Positions 49,573 to 63,475 of a DNA stretch of 64,000 bases are shown here, piece after piece (within the stretch, counting starts at the first letter, position 1; every line of letters starts with the position of its first letter). The DNA is from Camelus dromedarius (lineage: Eukaryota). The stretch is taken from assembly GCF_036321535.1 (NCBI RefSeq), contig NC_087437.1, positions 39,124,001 through 39,188,000 on the forward strand, in the 5' to 3' direction. A model generated the notes under the pieces. It saw nothing but the letters and a program-made list of their open reading frames with translations, ran no database searches and had not been told where the DNA came from. The position numbers and the translations under genes are program-made.

Positions 49573-50379
49573 CTCTGGAGGACTTTAGTCATTTAGACAA
49601 TGCCTTCTAGGTTAAAAATTCACCAAGTGCATCATTTTTCAGTTCACTTATGAATTTCATAGGTTTTGACTAGTAACTTCAGTTTATATATTTTAGAGCA
49701 GTTTTAACTCATTACTGCCTCCTTATACAATACACTGTCCTCAAAATAGTGAGTGAAAACAAATTTTCAACTTTTAAACTATGTCTATGGATGCCACTTT
49801 ATTTTTAATAAAAATACTCAACAGTTTTCTGCTGAAAGCTAAAAGCAGGCCAATTACCAAGCAATGACCACACAGCAACTGAGTGCTAGTTAGTCTCAGC
49901 CAGTATGGCATAAAATACTCCGTGAATTACAAAAAAGGATTTGATGTGATTTGTCTCCTCAACAATCTTACAGTATTGCTAGAAAGACAAAACTAGCAGG
50001 CATGAAATAATTAAAAATCAATCAGTGCTAAACTCTATTATGCAAAATAGGAGTGGAGAAGAAGGTGAGATCAGTGTAACCATAGCAGCCAGTCTCTGCA
50101 CTTTAAAGTCTAAAGGATCCTTAGAAATCATTTATTCTGAATTTTCAGACATGATGCAGTTTTATTTCAGTGAGCTTCCCCATTCAGAGTTTCACCACCA
50201 GCTAATACCATGCCCAGAACAGGAATGAAGGTTCTCCTGACCCTCAATCTGTTGGTCTTTCCTCATTGCCTTTAAGGCTGCCTCCTAGAGGAGATTGTTT
50301 TTTAACAATTCATTAAAGAGAAAGCTTGAGGTCAAGCAATTACAAGGCAAATTCCATTTCAAATATCAGTTTCCTCTAG

Positions 50380-50670
50380 CAGAGTGTTATCAAAACCTAG
50401 TTGTTTACATAACACATTCCTAAGTTTTGCCATATCCTTCTAACACCTGTACATTATTTATAGATATTTCTTTTATTTTTAATTTAAAATTTATTACAAG
50501 AAAAATGGAAAACCAATATCATTTATCATAAATAAATGGTAGCTGGGGAATAAATGCCTGAAAAATAAAAGCTAAACTGTGCTATAAATGCCTAGGCAGT
50601 CACTTCATCAAAGCCAGAGGACTGTTCTTCTTATAAAGGATATTAATAAGCGTTGGAAAAGCCATAGATG
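50380..50670. mobile_element. MER113-like hAT-Charlie fragment
   Basis: TTTTGCCATATCCTTCTAACACCTGTACATTATTTA...AAATGGAAAACCAATATCATTTATCATAAATAAATGGTA. Confidence 0.6.
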
Positions 50671-51624
50671 CAATAGTCTCGTATTACTATAAAGTAATTT
50701 ATAGTAACAAATTCTTTTCTTCACTTCCAACTTTAAAACTGTGGGTTTTACCAGGTCTCACTGCTGAGTCTATTACTTCTCATTGCTGGCTCCTGGCAGT
50801 TTAAGACCAAATTAGGAAGGAATTAGCCAAGGACCCTTAGTTCTGCACCACACACATATATGTCTGTATGAATTTGTGTGTCTGTGTTGGTTGATGGTGG
50901 GGGGTTAATGGTGATTACTCATTCACATTATATGATGGTATGAGTTTCCTGATTGTTTTCCTAATTGAAACAAAGCTTGTTTGATCTACTGGATGATGTT
51001 TTTGTTGTTACTTTTTACAGACAAAGTAATTGTATAATGAAATAATCTTTAAAGATACTAATTAAATGGAATTTAGATAGATTCTCTCTCCATCTACAAG
51101 TATACAATTCTATCATTCATTAAATGAAAAAAACCTTTTCTGGTTGAGAGTGGAGCAGTCAGGAGTCCACAGGTAACTCTGTGGCTTAGGGAAATAGTTT
51201 ATTAGGGGAAAGGATGACATGCATATTTCTTTAAAAGGTGGAAAGGGCTGTCAAAGTATAGTTTTAAAAATCCTAAAAACATGACTCTCATACAAATAAC
51301 AAGTAAGAATACAGTATAGTTTATTTAACTCATTAATGAGAGCACCTTCAGGATGATAAAGCTGGTTTAAAGAGCCTTTGGAGAAGTGAGACTATAAAGT
51401 TAGTTGAGACAAGTGTGGTAAATAGGTTTGCTAAGTTAGAGAAAATACCAACAGAGCAGTAAAATCATAACCTTTGAATGTGATCTTTTCTACCAGTGAG
51501 AAATCATTTGTATCTCTACAAGACAAAAAACTACAAGTTAAAAGTAATTTGACCAATTTTGGACACTATAGTAAATAGTAAATCAAAGCAGGGTACGTCT
51601 CCCAAGTGTGGTACTTACTGGGAA

Positions 51625-51838
51625 TCCAGGTGTTTTGCCCCTTAGGGGATATTTGGCAAAGTCTGGAGGTATTTTTGGTCTTGGCGAACTGGAGGGTGCT
51701 ATTAGCATCGAGTGGGTAGAGTCCAGGGATGCTGCAAAATATCCTACACTGCACAGGGAGCCCTCCCTGCCTCCTCGCGCCCCTCAACAAAGGATCACCC
51801 AGCCCAAATCTCAGTGGTGTTCCAGTTGAGAAGCTCTG
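51625..51838 (+). mobile_element. MER20 hAT-Charlie MITE
   Basis: TTTTGCCCCTTAGGGGATATTTGGCAAAGTCTGGAG...GAGTGGGTAGAGTCCAGGGATGCTGCAAAATATCCTACACTGCACAGG...GTTGAGAAGCTCTG. Confidence 0.9.
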
Positions 51839-53199
51839 CCCTGAAAAAATCAAATAACCTTTGTTAGGCCTGTGAGTGCTCCAGCACAACATTGAAAGAA
51901 CCCGCAGTCGTCCTTTTGCCTTATTTCCAAGTTTTGGATAATTTTTCTCAACAATGCAAAGAGACTTTCCATGCAATACAAGTGTTTTTAATAGACACTT
52001 GATTTGTATTTTCTGAACATTCCCAGAGGAAGCAGACCCTGTGAGCCAGGCTAGAGCTCTGCTTTGTTTTTACATTTCTTGTCCCTCTCTTTCATTCCAT
52101 TGTTGCTTTTTCGCATTTCCATTTAAAGAAAAAACTAAAAATAAATGGTGAAAAAATGTTAAAACATGCATTATCTGTCACTGTGACCATTTTAATGAAG
52201 GCTTCATTCCATTTTCTACAGGACGTTTTTCTCAGCTGACTGTATCTTTTCCTGATTGACACTTAAGATTCCTGAAAGAGAAATGGAGGCTGATGCACAA
52301 TAATAGGAAAGAAGAGATACTAGTAAAGCATAGATTCTCCACACTTCTTCTGAGTAAATTTCCTCTACAGCTGGGCAGTGAAGGAAAGCTGACCTATTCT
52401 CCACGAGGAAATTCGGAGCTGCTCGCATCATGCCCTAGTCTGTTTAACACTAGTGGACTGAACTGAGAGTCAGCAATCAAGGGCAGTCTTCCCTTATACC
52501 TCCAACTTAGTGAAAAGCTAGTAGTGGAAGGAAAATTTATTCCTAATCTGCAATGATAACCCAACAGCAGCTACTGTCATTTTCGTGTGTTAGTTCAGGC
52601 TTTTGCTAGATACAGCCTCATGTTTGTTTGTTTTTTTTTTTCTTTCTAAACTAATGTGATTTAATTCAACATATGCTTTCTGGACTAGGCACAGGCACAC
52701 AGAGATGAGAATGAAGGCTTGCTTCTGCACCGAAGAAACTCTTAGACGAGTACCTAAAGTTGTCATTGTAGAAAAATATGCAATTTTATAGACTAACTTT
52801 TCACTTAATATTAGACTTTCAGCATTTTTTCATGCTGCCACATTGTCTTCTTGATTATCAATTTGATGGTATGGTTTAGATGGGTTTAAAGACAGTTCAA
52901 ATTTCCCATAGAAAATATGGTATAATATATGGTTACATTTCTATAGATGTCTTAGCAGTAAGATCAAGAATCATATACAGGAGTAAGATTTTTCTCCACG
53001 TCACCCAGTACAGTACCTGCTACTTGGTAGGTGCTCAGAAAATGTTTGCTTTTTCCTTCTGTCCAAATCCTGGAATTTTTATACTGGAAAGAGCCTTGGG
53101 TGTAGACACTTTTCTTTTTCTTTCTTTCTTTTTTTTTTTTTTTTTATTTTTCAAATGGTAAAGAAACTGAGACCTAATTAATTTAACCAGGCAACGTAT

Positions 53200-53380
53200 C
53201 GAGCTCTGCACTTGAACCTAAAAGATTGGATTCAAGCCCTGTCTCTGCTCCTTATTGACTGTGTGACATTAGATATGTCACTTTACTTCTTGGGGAATTT
53301 TTCTGTATATTAGTGGGGAGGGTTGGACTGGATAATAGAAAACACTTCTTTAAGATATAACATTTTTTGCTTCTATCCAA
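53200..53380 (+). mobile_element. MIR3-like SINE
   Basis: GGATTCAAGCCCTGTCTCTGC...CTGTGTGACATTAG...GGGAGGGTTGGACTGGATAA. Confidence 0.6.
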
Positions 53381-53949
53381 GATGTCATGTTAACAAAATT
53401 AAGATATTGTTTTATCTGGCCTCTTAAAGAAAAAAAAATCTAATAAAATGAATCTTAATTTATCAAATAAGCTCACTATTTAAGGAGCCTCAGGATTCTA
53501 TAAAATAATACACAGAAACAAGAAAAGTAACATTTTAAGTGCACACTCTGCATTAAGGATGTCTTTAAATATTTTGTGTGTGTTTCCACTATTAATCCTC
53601 AGTTATGCTCTCGGTAGGTGGCATGCTTCTCATTTGAGGAAACTGAGTTTATCTGAGGAAACTGCAACTTGGGGAAGTTACCACATTGTCCCAAATAACT
53701 CATCTAGCACACTTTCTGGTATAACATGCCAATGTCGAGAATATGGATGTGTTCGTTTAAAAGTAAGTGGCAGTATTTTTCCTCCTTTAAAATTCTACAA
53801 GGACCATTAAGAATGGTTTTGTGCACTGGGACCATCTTAAAAAAGCTCTTCAGGGAAGTAGGAAACAAGTTCTATCTTATCTCATGTGACTTGTTCCCCT
53901 AGCAAGGAGACTGTCCGAATTGTTCTCACCACTCTTCAGAGAAATGTCA

Positions 53950-54550
53950 AACCTTAAGAACTGGTGGTTCCTTGAACTGGAAGCCCGGTGCTACGGTGGG
54001 AAGCATTCTGCAGTCAAGAGCGGTGTTCTCCACTCTTGTCAGTAACTCGGTGTGTGAGTTGCCTGATTTCCAGGAGGCCATCTTGGAAAGTGAGGGGGAC
54101 GCACCGGGTGATCTCCAAGGTCTCGAACTGTCTTCGACCTCTCCTCCTGTGTCTGTTTTCTTTCGCTCTTTGCTGTTTTGTGTCTCAGTGGCGGGGGTGG
54201 GGAGGGCGGTGGTCTGCAGTTCTGTCGGCAAGCTTTCAACTAATCCTCTGTTTAGTAGCTTCAATTGTCCACTCTTCTCTGCTTGTACAATTCCCAAATA
54301 TTTTTAGGTTTTATCTGGCTAGTGGGCTCCTTTCTGTGACCACTCTAAGTCTTCACTTCCACTACACTTTTTTCTCTATCTGCTCAAAAGAATTTCCAAA
54401 ATTGTATTGAGAACTCTAGTTCAGAGACAGCCCCTTCCCCATTCTGGGTTTTGTGTGTTAAGCTTTGTTATCATTATTATACCTTTTCAGCGATTTCAGT
54501 ATCATTTCTGGACAGAAAGAAGATAAATACCTGTAGGGATACACTATGTT
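53950..54550 (-). mobile_element. HAL1 / old L1 5' region fragment
   Basis: CAAGCTTTCAACTAATCCTCTGTTT and CAAAAGAATTTCCAAAATT...GAAAGAAGATAAATAC resemble the HAL1 5' end seen at 40050-40606. The left boundary is uncertain. Confidence 0.5.
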
Positions 54551-55061
54551 ATAGCCTTGAGAAAGTTAAGTGGGGAGTGAAGATTATGGATAAATTGGAG
54601 TGAAAGGCAAATGATGTCACTGGAATGTTCCAAAGGAAATGTGCCTCCAGAGGGACCCCTAGATGGCTAGAAATGCATCAAGAGAAGACGTGGGAGTTAA
54701 GATGAATCACAAGAGAATGATGGACTTTTTCTTTTGCACTGTGGACAGCTGGATGAGATAATGAAGTCATTCATTAACTCAGTGGATATTTACTGATGAC
54801 CTATTGTGTGTAAACTCTAGCCCGGGTGTCAATTCCCGATGCCCTGAGGACCAGTAGGTATAGCTTCTGTCTTCTATTTGCTTGTGAAATTGAGGTACAG
54901 CCAGAGGCTTAAATAAACAGAATAGAAATACAACACAGTTAATGTTAATGAGAAGATAATCATAATTTAGAAGTCACTAATGGCCCAAACTGAAAGGGAA
55001 AATCCTATAACACATATTGTGGTTAATATTTTATAGAGTGGATGCTAATTACTTTTAAATG

Positions 55062-55165
55062 AATCAGGGGTTTGAACAATATTCATCAAAGAGTGGTTTC
55101 TATGATATGTACATAAACTAATCAGGGGTTTGAAAAATATTTATTAGAGAGTGGTTCCTATGATA
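55062..55165. repeat. 46-bp direct duplication with a 58-bp period
   Basis: 55062-55107 vs 55120-55165; 5 mismatches in 46. Confidence 0.9.
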
Positions 55166-58100
55166 CTTCCAATCTGTGATTAATATGTGGCACATAATTT
55201 CAAGAATCATGTTTTGAGTGTCTAATCATAAGGCATATGAAATGTGGAGCTTTAGAAGGGAGCGCTAATTAGGGTTGGGATTCATTCCTATTTTGGAAAA
55301 TATAATAAACAAAAGGCAATGATGCATCCTTATGCACCAGCCACGACAGCTCAAGGCATGGACAGTAATCCACAAGGAGATGCACTGTAATGCAAAGGTA
55401 GTGCCTTGTGAGGGGCAGGGGCCCAGGTATCCCTTGGTTTAGAGAGGAACATGGTTCTCTATAGGAAGCAGGCTCTCTTGAAGATCATAACCACTTCTAT
55501 CCAGGCTTTGAAATAATGAGGATGATGGAATGTGCCAATATATAGACAGGATCTCCTGGGGAAGAGAGAACTGAATGAAACAAACTGATGTTACTGACCT
55601 TGGGACTTCTCTACTGCTTACCAGTCCTTCATCTACTCATGCAATTCCCCTTATGGTGTAGCAGGACAGGGCCTACAGAGGGCCAAACCTGGGTCTCCTA
55701 TTCTCTTCAAAAACCTTTCAAGCTCAAGAGAATGAGGCCATGAAATAGGAATTTACTTCTGGGCACTGCCTTTATTCATTTTTAATAAGAAATTGTTACC
55801 AGGCACACGTCATGCTGTTATTAATTTCAAATTAAAACTCAGACTATGTATGACCTCTTTAAATCAGCTATTTTCCAATTCATTTATTTTGGCTATAATT
55901 ATGACTGATTGCTCAGTTTTTATTGGAGTAGCTATGGTGTGGTTTAATTTTAGTTGAGGCTTGTACAGTAATAACCGGGGAATCTTTTCCACATAAATGT
56001 ATAAGATACCTATTTTTACCTATAGAATTAAGATAACAGACTTGGACACCTGATATATTTCTCCTTGCTGCATTGTGGAAAATAATTTGTCTGTTTATTC
56101 TGTGGCTATGTCTAGGCAGCTCCAATAATTTGAACTTTGTTTCATTAAAAAAAAAAAGGAAACATATCAGCCATATATTTCTCAATGTCAGTGCTTAATT
56201 TAATATTGACATTATATGTGTGTTTGTACATATGCACATATACATAATATGTGACGCAGTAACATATATAAACATGTCCAGAGGTTAGAAGAAAGTATTC
56301 CTTGATAAGAAAAATTTTTTAAACGTGCTATCCTTCAAGCTGTCACATTCCCATTCTGAAGAAAGAAGCCTGTCCCCTCTTTTTGTATATTGAAATTAGA
56401 AAGGGAACTTCATTGACTGTTTTTATTGTGTTAAAAGCCTCAACCTTTCTGTTTGACACTGTGTTCTATTTAAGCTCATCTTTTATCATCCGACAGAAAT
56501 CCATTTTAAATATTGTTTTGGAAGCCAGATTTCTGATGCTCTCCACTGCTGCTAGACCTTATTTTTGTGTGTGTGATGTACTGCGCAAAATTGTCTATTG
56601 ATATGAAGCAGGCTGCAGAGCGACTTTTCAGCTTGGATCACTAGAATGAATCGATTTTTAACAAGCCCTCGGTAGGGCGGCAGTTGCTGATGTTGTGTGT
56701 CTAGCAGCTTCACTGAAGGGCTGCATTTGACTTGCTGTTGCTAAGTGCTCTGTCAGTGAGCTAGTCTGTGAAGACTTCCTCAACCAACTGGAGATCTTTT
56801 ATTGGGTTAGAAACTGCTGTTACGTGTTATTTACTGATTAAAAAATAATTATAGGCAGTCTCCATTACCTAGACTCATCAATTTGCCATTAGTGCTACTT
56901 GGAGTAAGCTTTGAAAATGGGAATGAAACTCAAAGCTAGCTATCCCACTGAACACGCTGATTAAAATAAAAAGGTATTTGTTTATCTTGAATATGCAAGG
57001 CTAGTGGCAGAATCTGTTGTGATGTGACTTTCCCTTAGTTCTTATTATGTGTTATGTTCAGCTAGTAGGCTTGTTGTTGTCTTCACAGGAAAAAGCATGC
57101 AGTTTCCAGAAATGTCAGCATCCTAACATAATTGGAAACATGAAATCGTAAACCGCTGGTTATTTATGTCCCAGTTGTGAGCTATACTGTGGAACAGTAT
57201 GCTAAGCTGGGCAATTAAAATTATCACTGGTTTCCTGAAAATAGGAAGAGAGTTTTTCAAATCTGCACTAGGGTTGTCAGTTTCTTTCCTTTTAGTCTTT
57301 ACTTGATTTCTGCGGTCACTTAATGAACCAAACTGGGTAAAATGTCAACAAAGATGAAGTCTTTATTTTTAAAAAGAATTCTCATTACTATTGCTGCAAG
57401 TTTTATTTATCAAAGTATTTTACCCCGATTTTCTTTTCATCTCTGTTAAGGAGTTACTGCATTAGAGGATTTATGTGGATAAGTGTATATGAGTAGTATG
57501 AGCTTTTTTGGAATATAGAAAAGGTTTGTTTTTCTAAGAAAGTTTTTAGCCTAGCTGTCAGGTATTTTGGCATTGTCCTTTTCTTGTTGAATTCCACTAA
57601 GATATAATGTCCTTTAAATATATTGACGGCATGACCCAGAATATTCATCATTTCCTCTTTCCATTTAAAAATACAGTTTAGGTCTTTTCATTAATCTTAG
57701 ATTTTCATCTTGACCAAAGATTGACAATTTTAAGAGTATTTTTGACAGCTCTGACTGTCAGGAATAGAACAGAATCAATGATTAAACTGGGTAAGTCCAA
57801 GAAAACCAACCTGACATACCAAAGAAAAAAATTATATTTCTGGTGTTAGAAATAAATTTGTCAAACTAAAATAATTGCATTTGTCCTTAGCCCACTTTTC
57901 TGAGAAGTTATCAGCCACTTTAACGCCATGAAAGAATTCAGATCAGAGAGGAAACAATATTCTGCAGTTTCACAAGCATAATTATGTCATTGATCAATAT
58001 AAAAATTCACTCTCCTATTAGTTTGAGTTACAGCAAGAATGGAAGGAAATCAGGATCATAATAAAACTTTGAGTTTTGTTTTACAGGCAAACAAAATATG

Positions 58101-59424
58101 AATGGGAACCAGATATTGGCAAAATTGCTTATAAATTCGTCCACACTGTTTTCCTTCTTGTCTTCTTTGCCTCTGCTTTTTGTTTTGTGTGTTAGGTTGA
58201 TCAGAAGGGGCCCCCAGTTCTGGGTTTTTCTGTTAACTGGATGATGAAGCACCAAAGGTGGCAGGTGCATGGGACACCGTTTGTCAGTATTTTTCTTGTC
58301 TGCTCTCATTTTGCTCACTGTTAATAAGATTGATCAAAAGAAACAATTCATTGAGTTTCTGTGTTTATCGTTTGCTTGGGTGGTCTCTGAGTTTCTGAAG
58401 TCTTTCAGGAACACATTCACATTTCATTCTTAAACATGTAAATATAGAGCAAAATTTAGGGTCTGGTCAAGGGACATGGAATGGACTGTTTTGTTTTTAT
58501 CTGTCTGTTTATTCTTCAAGTTAGCCAGGCATGAATAGCCCTCAGCAGCCTGGCTCAAGCCTGCCTTTTGTGAATGAAACTTTGCTCAGACCGCAAACCA
58601 TAAATTTACAATGATTACCCATGCAGTTGTTAGTAACAGAACTTCTTGGTGCTCCCTTATGAATTCACAAAATCAGATACTTAATGATTTACCGCTTTCC
58701 ATTTTTATCATACCTCAGAGTAAAATTAGTTACTCCCTTTAAGTCTTTTCATTTCCCTTTCCTCTTCTTTGGAAGAGGAAAAATACTTTGTCCCAATCGC
58801 CACTTGTTTGAAGACCATCTTTTCTTGAATGATTTTCTCAGAAAATACGTGACGTTTCCATCACTTTCCTAAAATGGCAATTCTACCTTCCTCTCTGAAA
58901 ACATGTTAGAATAAAAGATGCCTGACAGCTGATTAGGAGAGTGACATATATTTTACCTCCTTTCAGATGAAGCCTCCTAAAAACGTACTTACTTAGCAGG
59001 GGCAGTGACAGCCTGTCCGGCAAAAATAATTGATATCCTTTCTGCTTATTGTAGAAGAGAAACAATGAAACAAGAAAGACCTTTCTTATACCTTCTGAGA
59101 TGAAGAAGCTAAAAGAAACTGACTGTCATTAAATTAAGGTTTTCTTTTGAGCACTCTTGCCACTGACATCTTGAATAATTGTAGGAATTCTTTGCCTCAG
59201 TGATGTTAGTAATCCGGCTTGGTGTGTTTGTTTTCAAATATTTCTGCCAGGGAAACATGCATATTCTGTCTTTGAGGTGGACTAAAAATATTTGGAAATT
59301 AGCAAATTTATAAATCACTATGTATCCCTGAAATATAATTCCAGGTAAATATAATACATCTTAAGTATTTCAGATTAATATACACAAAAGTCTTTTCTAA
59401 ATGAAAGTTCGTTTGCTTTTGAAT

Positions 59425-59600
59425 GAAATTTGAACTGAATGTTGGTTCCACTACTTATCAGCTAAGTACTCACAGGGAAGCCCATCACACTTTCTGAAAT
59501 TTTTACTTTTTGAAGTACATAAAATTGGCCATAGTACTCACTTCATAGGGTTGTTTGTTGTGAGGTTTATTTGCAGTCATGTAAATGTTATTAAATATTA
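59425..59600 (+). mobile_element. MIR SINE
   Basis: CCACTACTTATCAGCT...ATAAAATTGG...ACTTCATAGGGTTGTTTGTTGTGAGGTTTA. Confidence 0.65.
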
Positions 59601-62269
59601 TGAGATACATTGAAAGAAATGTGGTTTTGGCACTTATCTGTACAAAAAGCAAGAATAAATATATATATATTTACATATATATATATTTATATTTGTCTGT
59701 CTGTCCTGCATTAAGAAACAAAATCCGCTTGATTTTTTTCAAAGAACCATAGCCAAGTCAAAATTGTTCTTTTAAGCACCACAAACATTTTCCAAGGAAT
59801 ACTTACAACATTAATTTATTAAAGATTTTATTATAAATCCCTTTTTCTTCTTAGCGTTTCAGCCTACTCTAGATCACACAGTCATCTCAAGAGATATTGA
59901 TGTATATGTTTTCTTGTCTTTTGAAATGCAATAATGGCGTCAGTGTTGCTTGTTCTAAAGCTTGAGAGAGTGTGGTTGTTCACTAGTCTAGAACCTCTGG
60001 TACATCTATGTCAAATCTAGGGAGCAGGCATTGAGCTACTTTGCCAAGTCCTGTATTTTCTAGGTACTGTGGAATATCCTTGCTAATAAATTAAAGCTTT
60101 CTGCTCTACATAAATCCTTTCGTGAAAGATGCCATCTGGTCAGAGTGTGGTTGTGGGGCATCTGTAGAAGTCATGCTTTGTTGACCTAATGGAAGCTCTG
60201 TCTTCAGAGAAGTAGAAAATTGGTTGTTTCTGTAGGTTATAAAGTTCCAGACCGTTGCTTGCCACCCGAGAGCATTAATCCCATTACATTGGTTATTTCC
60301 ATAGTTAAGGAGAGGCTTGTCAGAGTGCTAACTGTCCATGTCTCTTCTTCAAGCCATTAGGTAATAAATTGGATATAATGTGTAATTTCTCAGGTTTTTT
60401 TTTAATATCATGAAAGATATTATATTAAATTCTGTGTACTCAAATGTTCTTCAGCCATCGCATATAACCTCGTATTTTCTCACCTGTGAAAACTGCAAAA
60501 ATTCCCAGTTTTCAGGAGCGACTCCATTTTCCCACTGGGTTTATTTGTTTTCTCCCCTTAAGAATGTTTGACTTTGTGGAATCATGTATAGAGTTTTTTT
60601 TTTTTTGACTTGGTTAGATATACATTTTATTAACTCTGCCCTTGAGACCTTTAATTCCTAGATAGCAGTTCAATTTTTAATGAATCCTGAAAAATCAGAA
60701 ATTTTGCTTAAATTTTATATTGTGCTGATAACTTTTGAGGAACATCTCTTATAAACTTGAAGTTGAACGTTATAAATCATAAACACATGAACTGAAACAT
60801 TGAGTATGCACATAAAATATTTCTTGAGATACACGTTAAAATGTTTCATATTTTTCAGCATATTGTAACCTATAAAGCACATTTAGTTATATTATTTCAC
60901 TTACTTTTCATTATTGTTGGTCTCATTATGGAAATTGTATTATTTATTTCATTTGTGAATTGAGGAGCTTGTAGTGAAATGGTAGACTTGATCAAGGAAA
61001 GGTCATATGGCTGGTTAGTGGCCAAAGGCCAGAGCACAGATGTAGCTGAATATCATCTCTGCTGTAATACACTGAAGGTAATATATAGTTCCTATTATCA
61101 AAGAGGTATTTTGCATAATATAACCAAGCTTGCTTTCTCAGTAATTAATGGCTGTGTATTGCTTTCTGATATCATGAATGAATCATGTTGCTGAAGAATT
61201 TCACAAAAATATCTGTCCAGTCTACCCACTGCCAAAAATTCAGGTTTAGAAGCTGCCTTGTTGCAGATACAGGCATTCTGTTCTACTGCATAAAAAATTG
61301 TGAATGAGGACTTCTTCTTGAACAACAGCAACAACAATTTCAACTGGAATGTTAGATAACTGTATACAAAAATGCTATGTTATAAAAGACCAAGACAAAT
61401 TCTAAAGCATCCACCATATTACCAGTTGCAATTCACTACATTATATTTTTTCTCCCCTTAGGAGAACAATGTAATTTCTATCATTGCAGATTCTCAAAAA
61501 GGATTATAACTGAAAAAGCCACACAGTTTTCAATCAAAATTTTACCAGCCTTTTGCATCCCCCCTGTTTTGGTTGAGAATCAAAGAAGAGAAACTGTGTT
61601 CCCAGTGGAGAAGCCACAGGGAAGGCTTTCTGTAGAAGCCAATGTTAAAATGATGCCAACAGGCAGATGGAACCCAAGTCTGAATGAGAAAACCCTGAGC
61701 CAAGCCTCTTGCTGTGGCTTTAATATAGCCCGATTGTGCCTTGATTTCCTGTCTTTATTACTGAGATTCTAGTTATTTATGAATTGAATTCCCATGTGTT
61801 TATCTTGCTGTTATTGTAAAATGCCACATGATATTTTGTGCTAAGTCAATAAATGACTCGTGCCACCACTGTATTTACTTTGAGTTTCTAATCTCTGTGC
61901 TTCTACCCTTTTTCTGACATGTTCCAAATCTCTCCCTGCAAATCAGCTGGCCATGAAGCAGAGCTTCCTTTCAGGAACTGACAGTCTGCTACTGCAGACA
62001 GAAGTAGTGAACTGGCCTAACCGCCAATTCACACCCCAGGGGACTGTCCACCCTGGGAAGAGATTTGCTATCTCGTCTGACACTTCAGTTACTTTAAAAA
62101 TTACTCCCAGGATTTGGACTTCTTGCAGGTAATTCTTACAGAAACATGAAAAAAAATTGGTTATTTGAAGCTTGAACTTAAAAATAAGGAGAAGCAGTAA
62201 TGCAGGATTGTTTGAATTGGAGAAATAGATAATTTCAAGAAGTCATGACATAAAATTTCTATTTTAGAG

Positions 62270-62975
62270 GATTTCAAACTCTTTTGAACAAGATCCACAA
62301 TAAGAAACACAATTTACAATGTGACTTCTTATATTCATATAATACTACAATTGAAACCAAAGTTTTATAAAACAATACTTTATAAGATTGTCAAAGTATA
62401 ACATTTTTAAAGTTAAAAATATGATTTTCACACAAAAAGAAAATGAACACTGTCAAAGATTTCTTTCAGTTTATTAATTAATGAGGGAATCAATAAGATG
62501 TTAAGACTGGTTAAAAGATTATCTGAGGAACTGGGTATTTATAGGCAATTTAATAAAAGTTGTTAAGATGGCTAAGTTAGACACCAAACTAGCGAATGTG
62601 CTAATATACAATCAATCATAACTTTAGGGTTATCTTTTCTACTAAACATAAATTATTTTCGTAGCTACTATATAAAAATCTACACATGAATGTGTACTTT
62701 CACTAACCCTGGGACCCTGCATCAGTAGTAGAGTCAAGCAAAGTTTCTTCCTCTAAGTAATTCTTGGTGGGACCCCTTAAATAATAATCCTGTATGGTGT
62801 TGAAAAAGAGACTGCCCAAATGTTTTGCTCATTTCTTCCAAATTTGTTTAATTTTTCTTCATAGGATACACTCATATTTTCTGTTGTGTTCTATTTCATT
62901 TTCAAAAGCTGTTCTATCTCCCTAAATTATTTTCATATGTGATAAGTAACTCATGACTGGGTTTAAATACTACCA
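62270..62975. mobile_element. hAT-Charlie MITE split by an LTR (halves about 62270-62388 and 62862-62975)
   Basis: Left half GATCCACAATAAGAAACACAATTTACA...AAACAATACTT continues in the right half GATACACTCATATTTTCTG...CCTAAATTATTTTCA; same family as 5676-5901. Confidence 0.65.
62389..62861 (-). mobile_element. ERV1-type solo LTR (MER67-like)
   Basis: TG...CA termini flanked by TAAGAT/TAGGAT; contains CACTGTCAAAGATTTCTTTCAGTTTATTAATTAATGAGGGAA. Confidence 0.7.
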
Positions 62976-63150
62976 CATCAGTGTGTGTGTAAGACCCCCC
63001 CCCCCACAACACTGCCAGACAGAGGCAAGTTTGTTTCTGTTTTACGAATAAAAAGCTAAGGGAAGGAGGAAGGGGAGAAGAACCTCAGTAATCTGTCTTC
63101 AGACATTCAGACAATAGAATGTCTCAGCATTCTATAAAGTGATAAGACTT

Positions 63151-63475
63151 TTTAAAATTGAAGTATAGTTGATTTACAACATTGTATTAATTTCTGGTGT
63201 ATAGCATAGTGATTCATTTATACATGTATATTCTTTTTTGTTATAGATTATTACAAACTATTGACTATAATTTCCTGTGCTGTACAGTAGGATCTTGTTG
63301 TTTGTTTTATATGTAGTAGTTTGTATCTGCTAATCCCAAACTTCTGATTTATTCCTCCCCCCATCCTTTCCCTTTTGGTAACCGTAACTTTGTTTTCTAT
63401 GGCTGTGAGTCTGTTTCTGTTTTGTAAATAAGTTCATTTGTGTCATTTATTTTAGATTCCACGTATAAGTGATAT
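63151..63475 (-). mobile_element. 5'-truncated artiodactyl-type LINE-1 3'UTR
   Basis: TTGAAGTATAGTTGATTTACAAC...GAGTCTGTTTCTGTTTTGTAAATAAGTTCATTTG...TTAGATTCCACGTATAAGTGATA. Confidence 0.92.

Noticed and set aside
53947..54410. Overlapping 111-140 aa ORFs on both strands that look protein-like
   Set aside because: No recognisable domain or convincing splice sites. The 116-aa and 111-aa ORFs begin at TTG rather than ATG, and the DNA resembles a decayed HAL1/L1 5' region.
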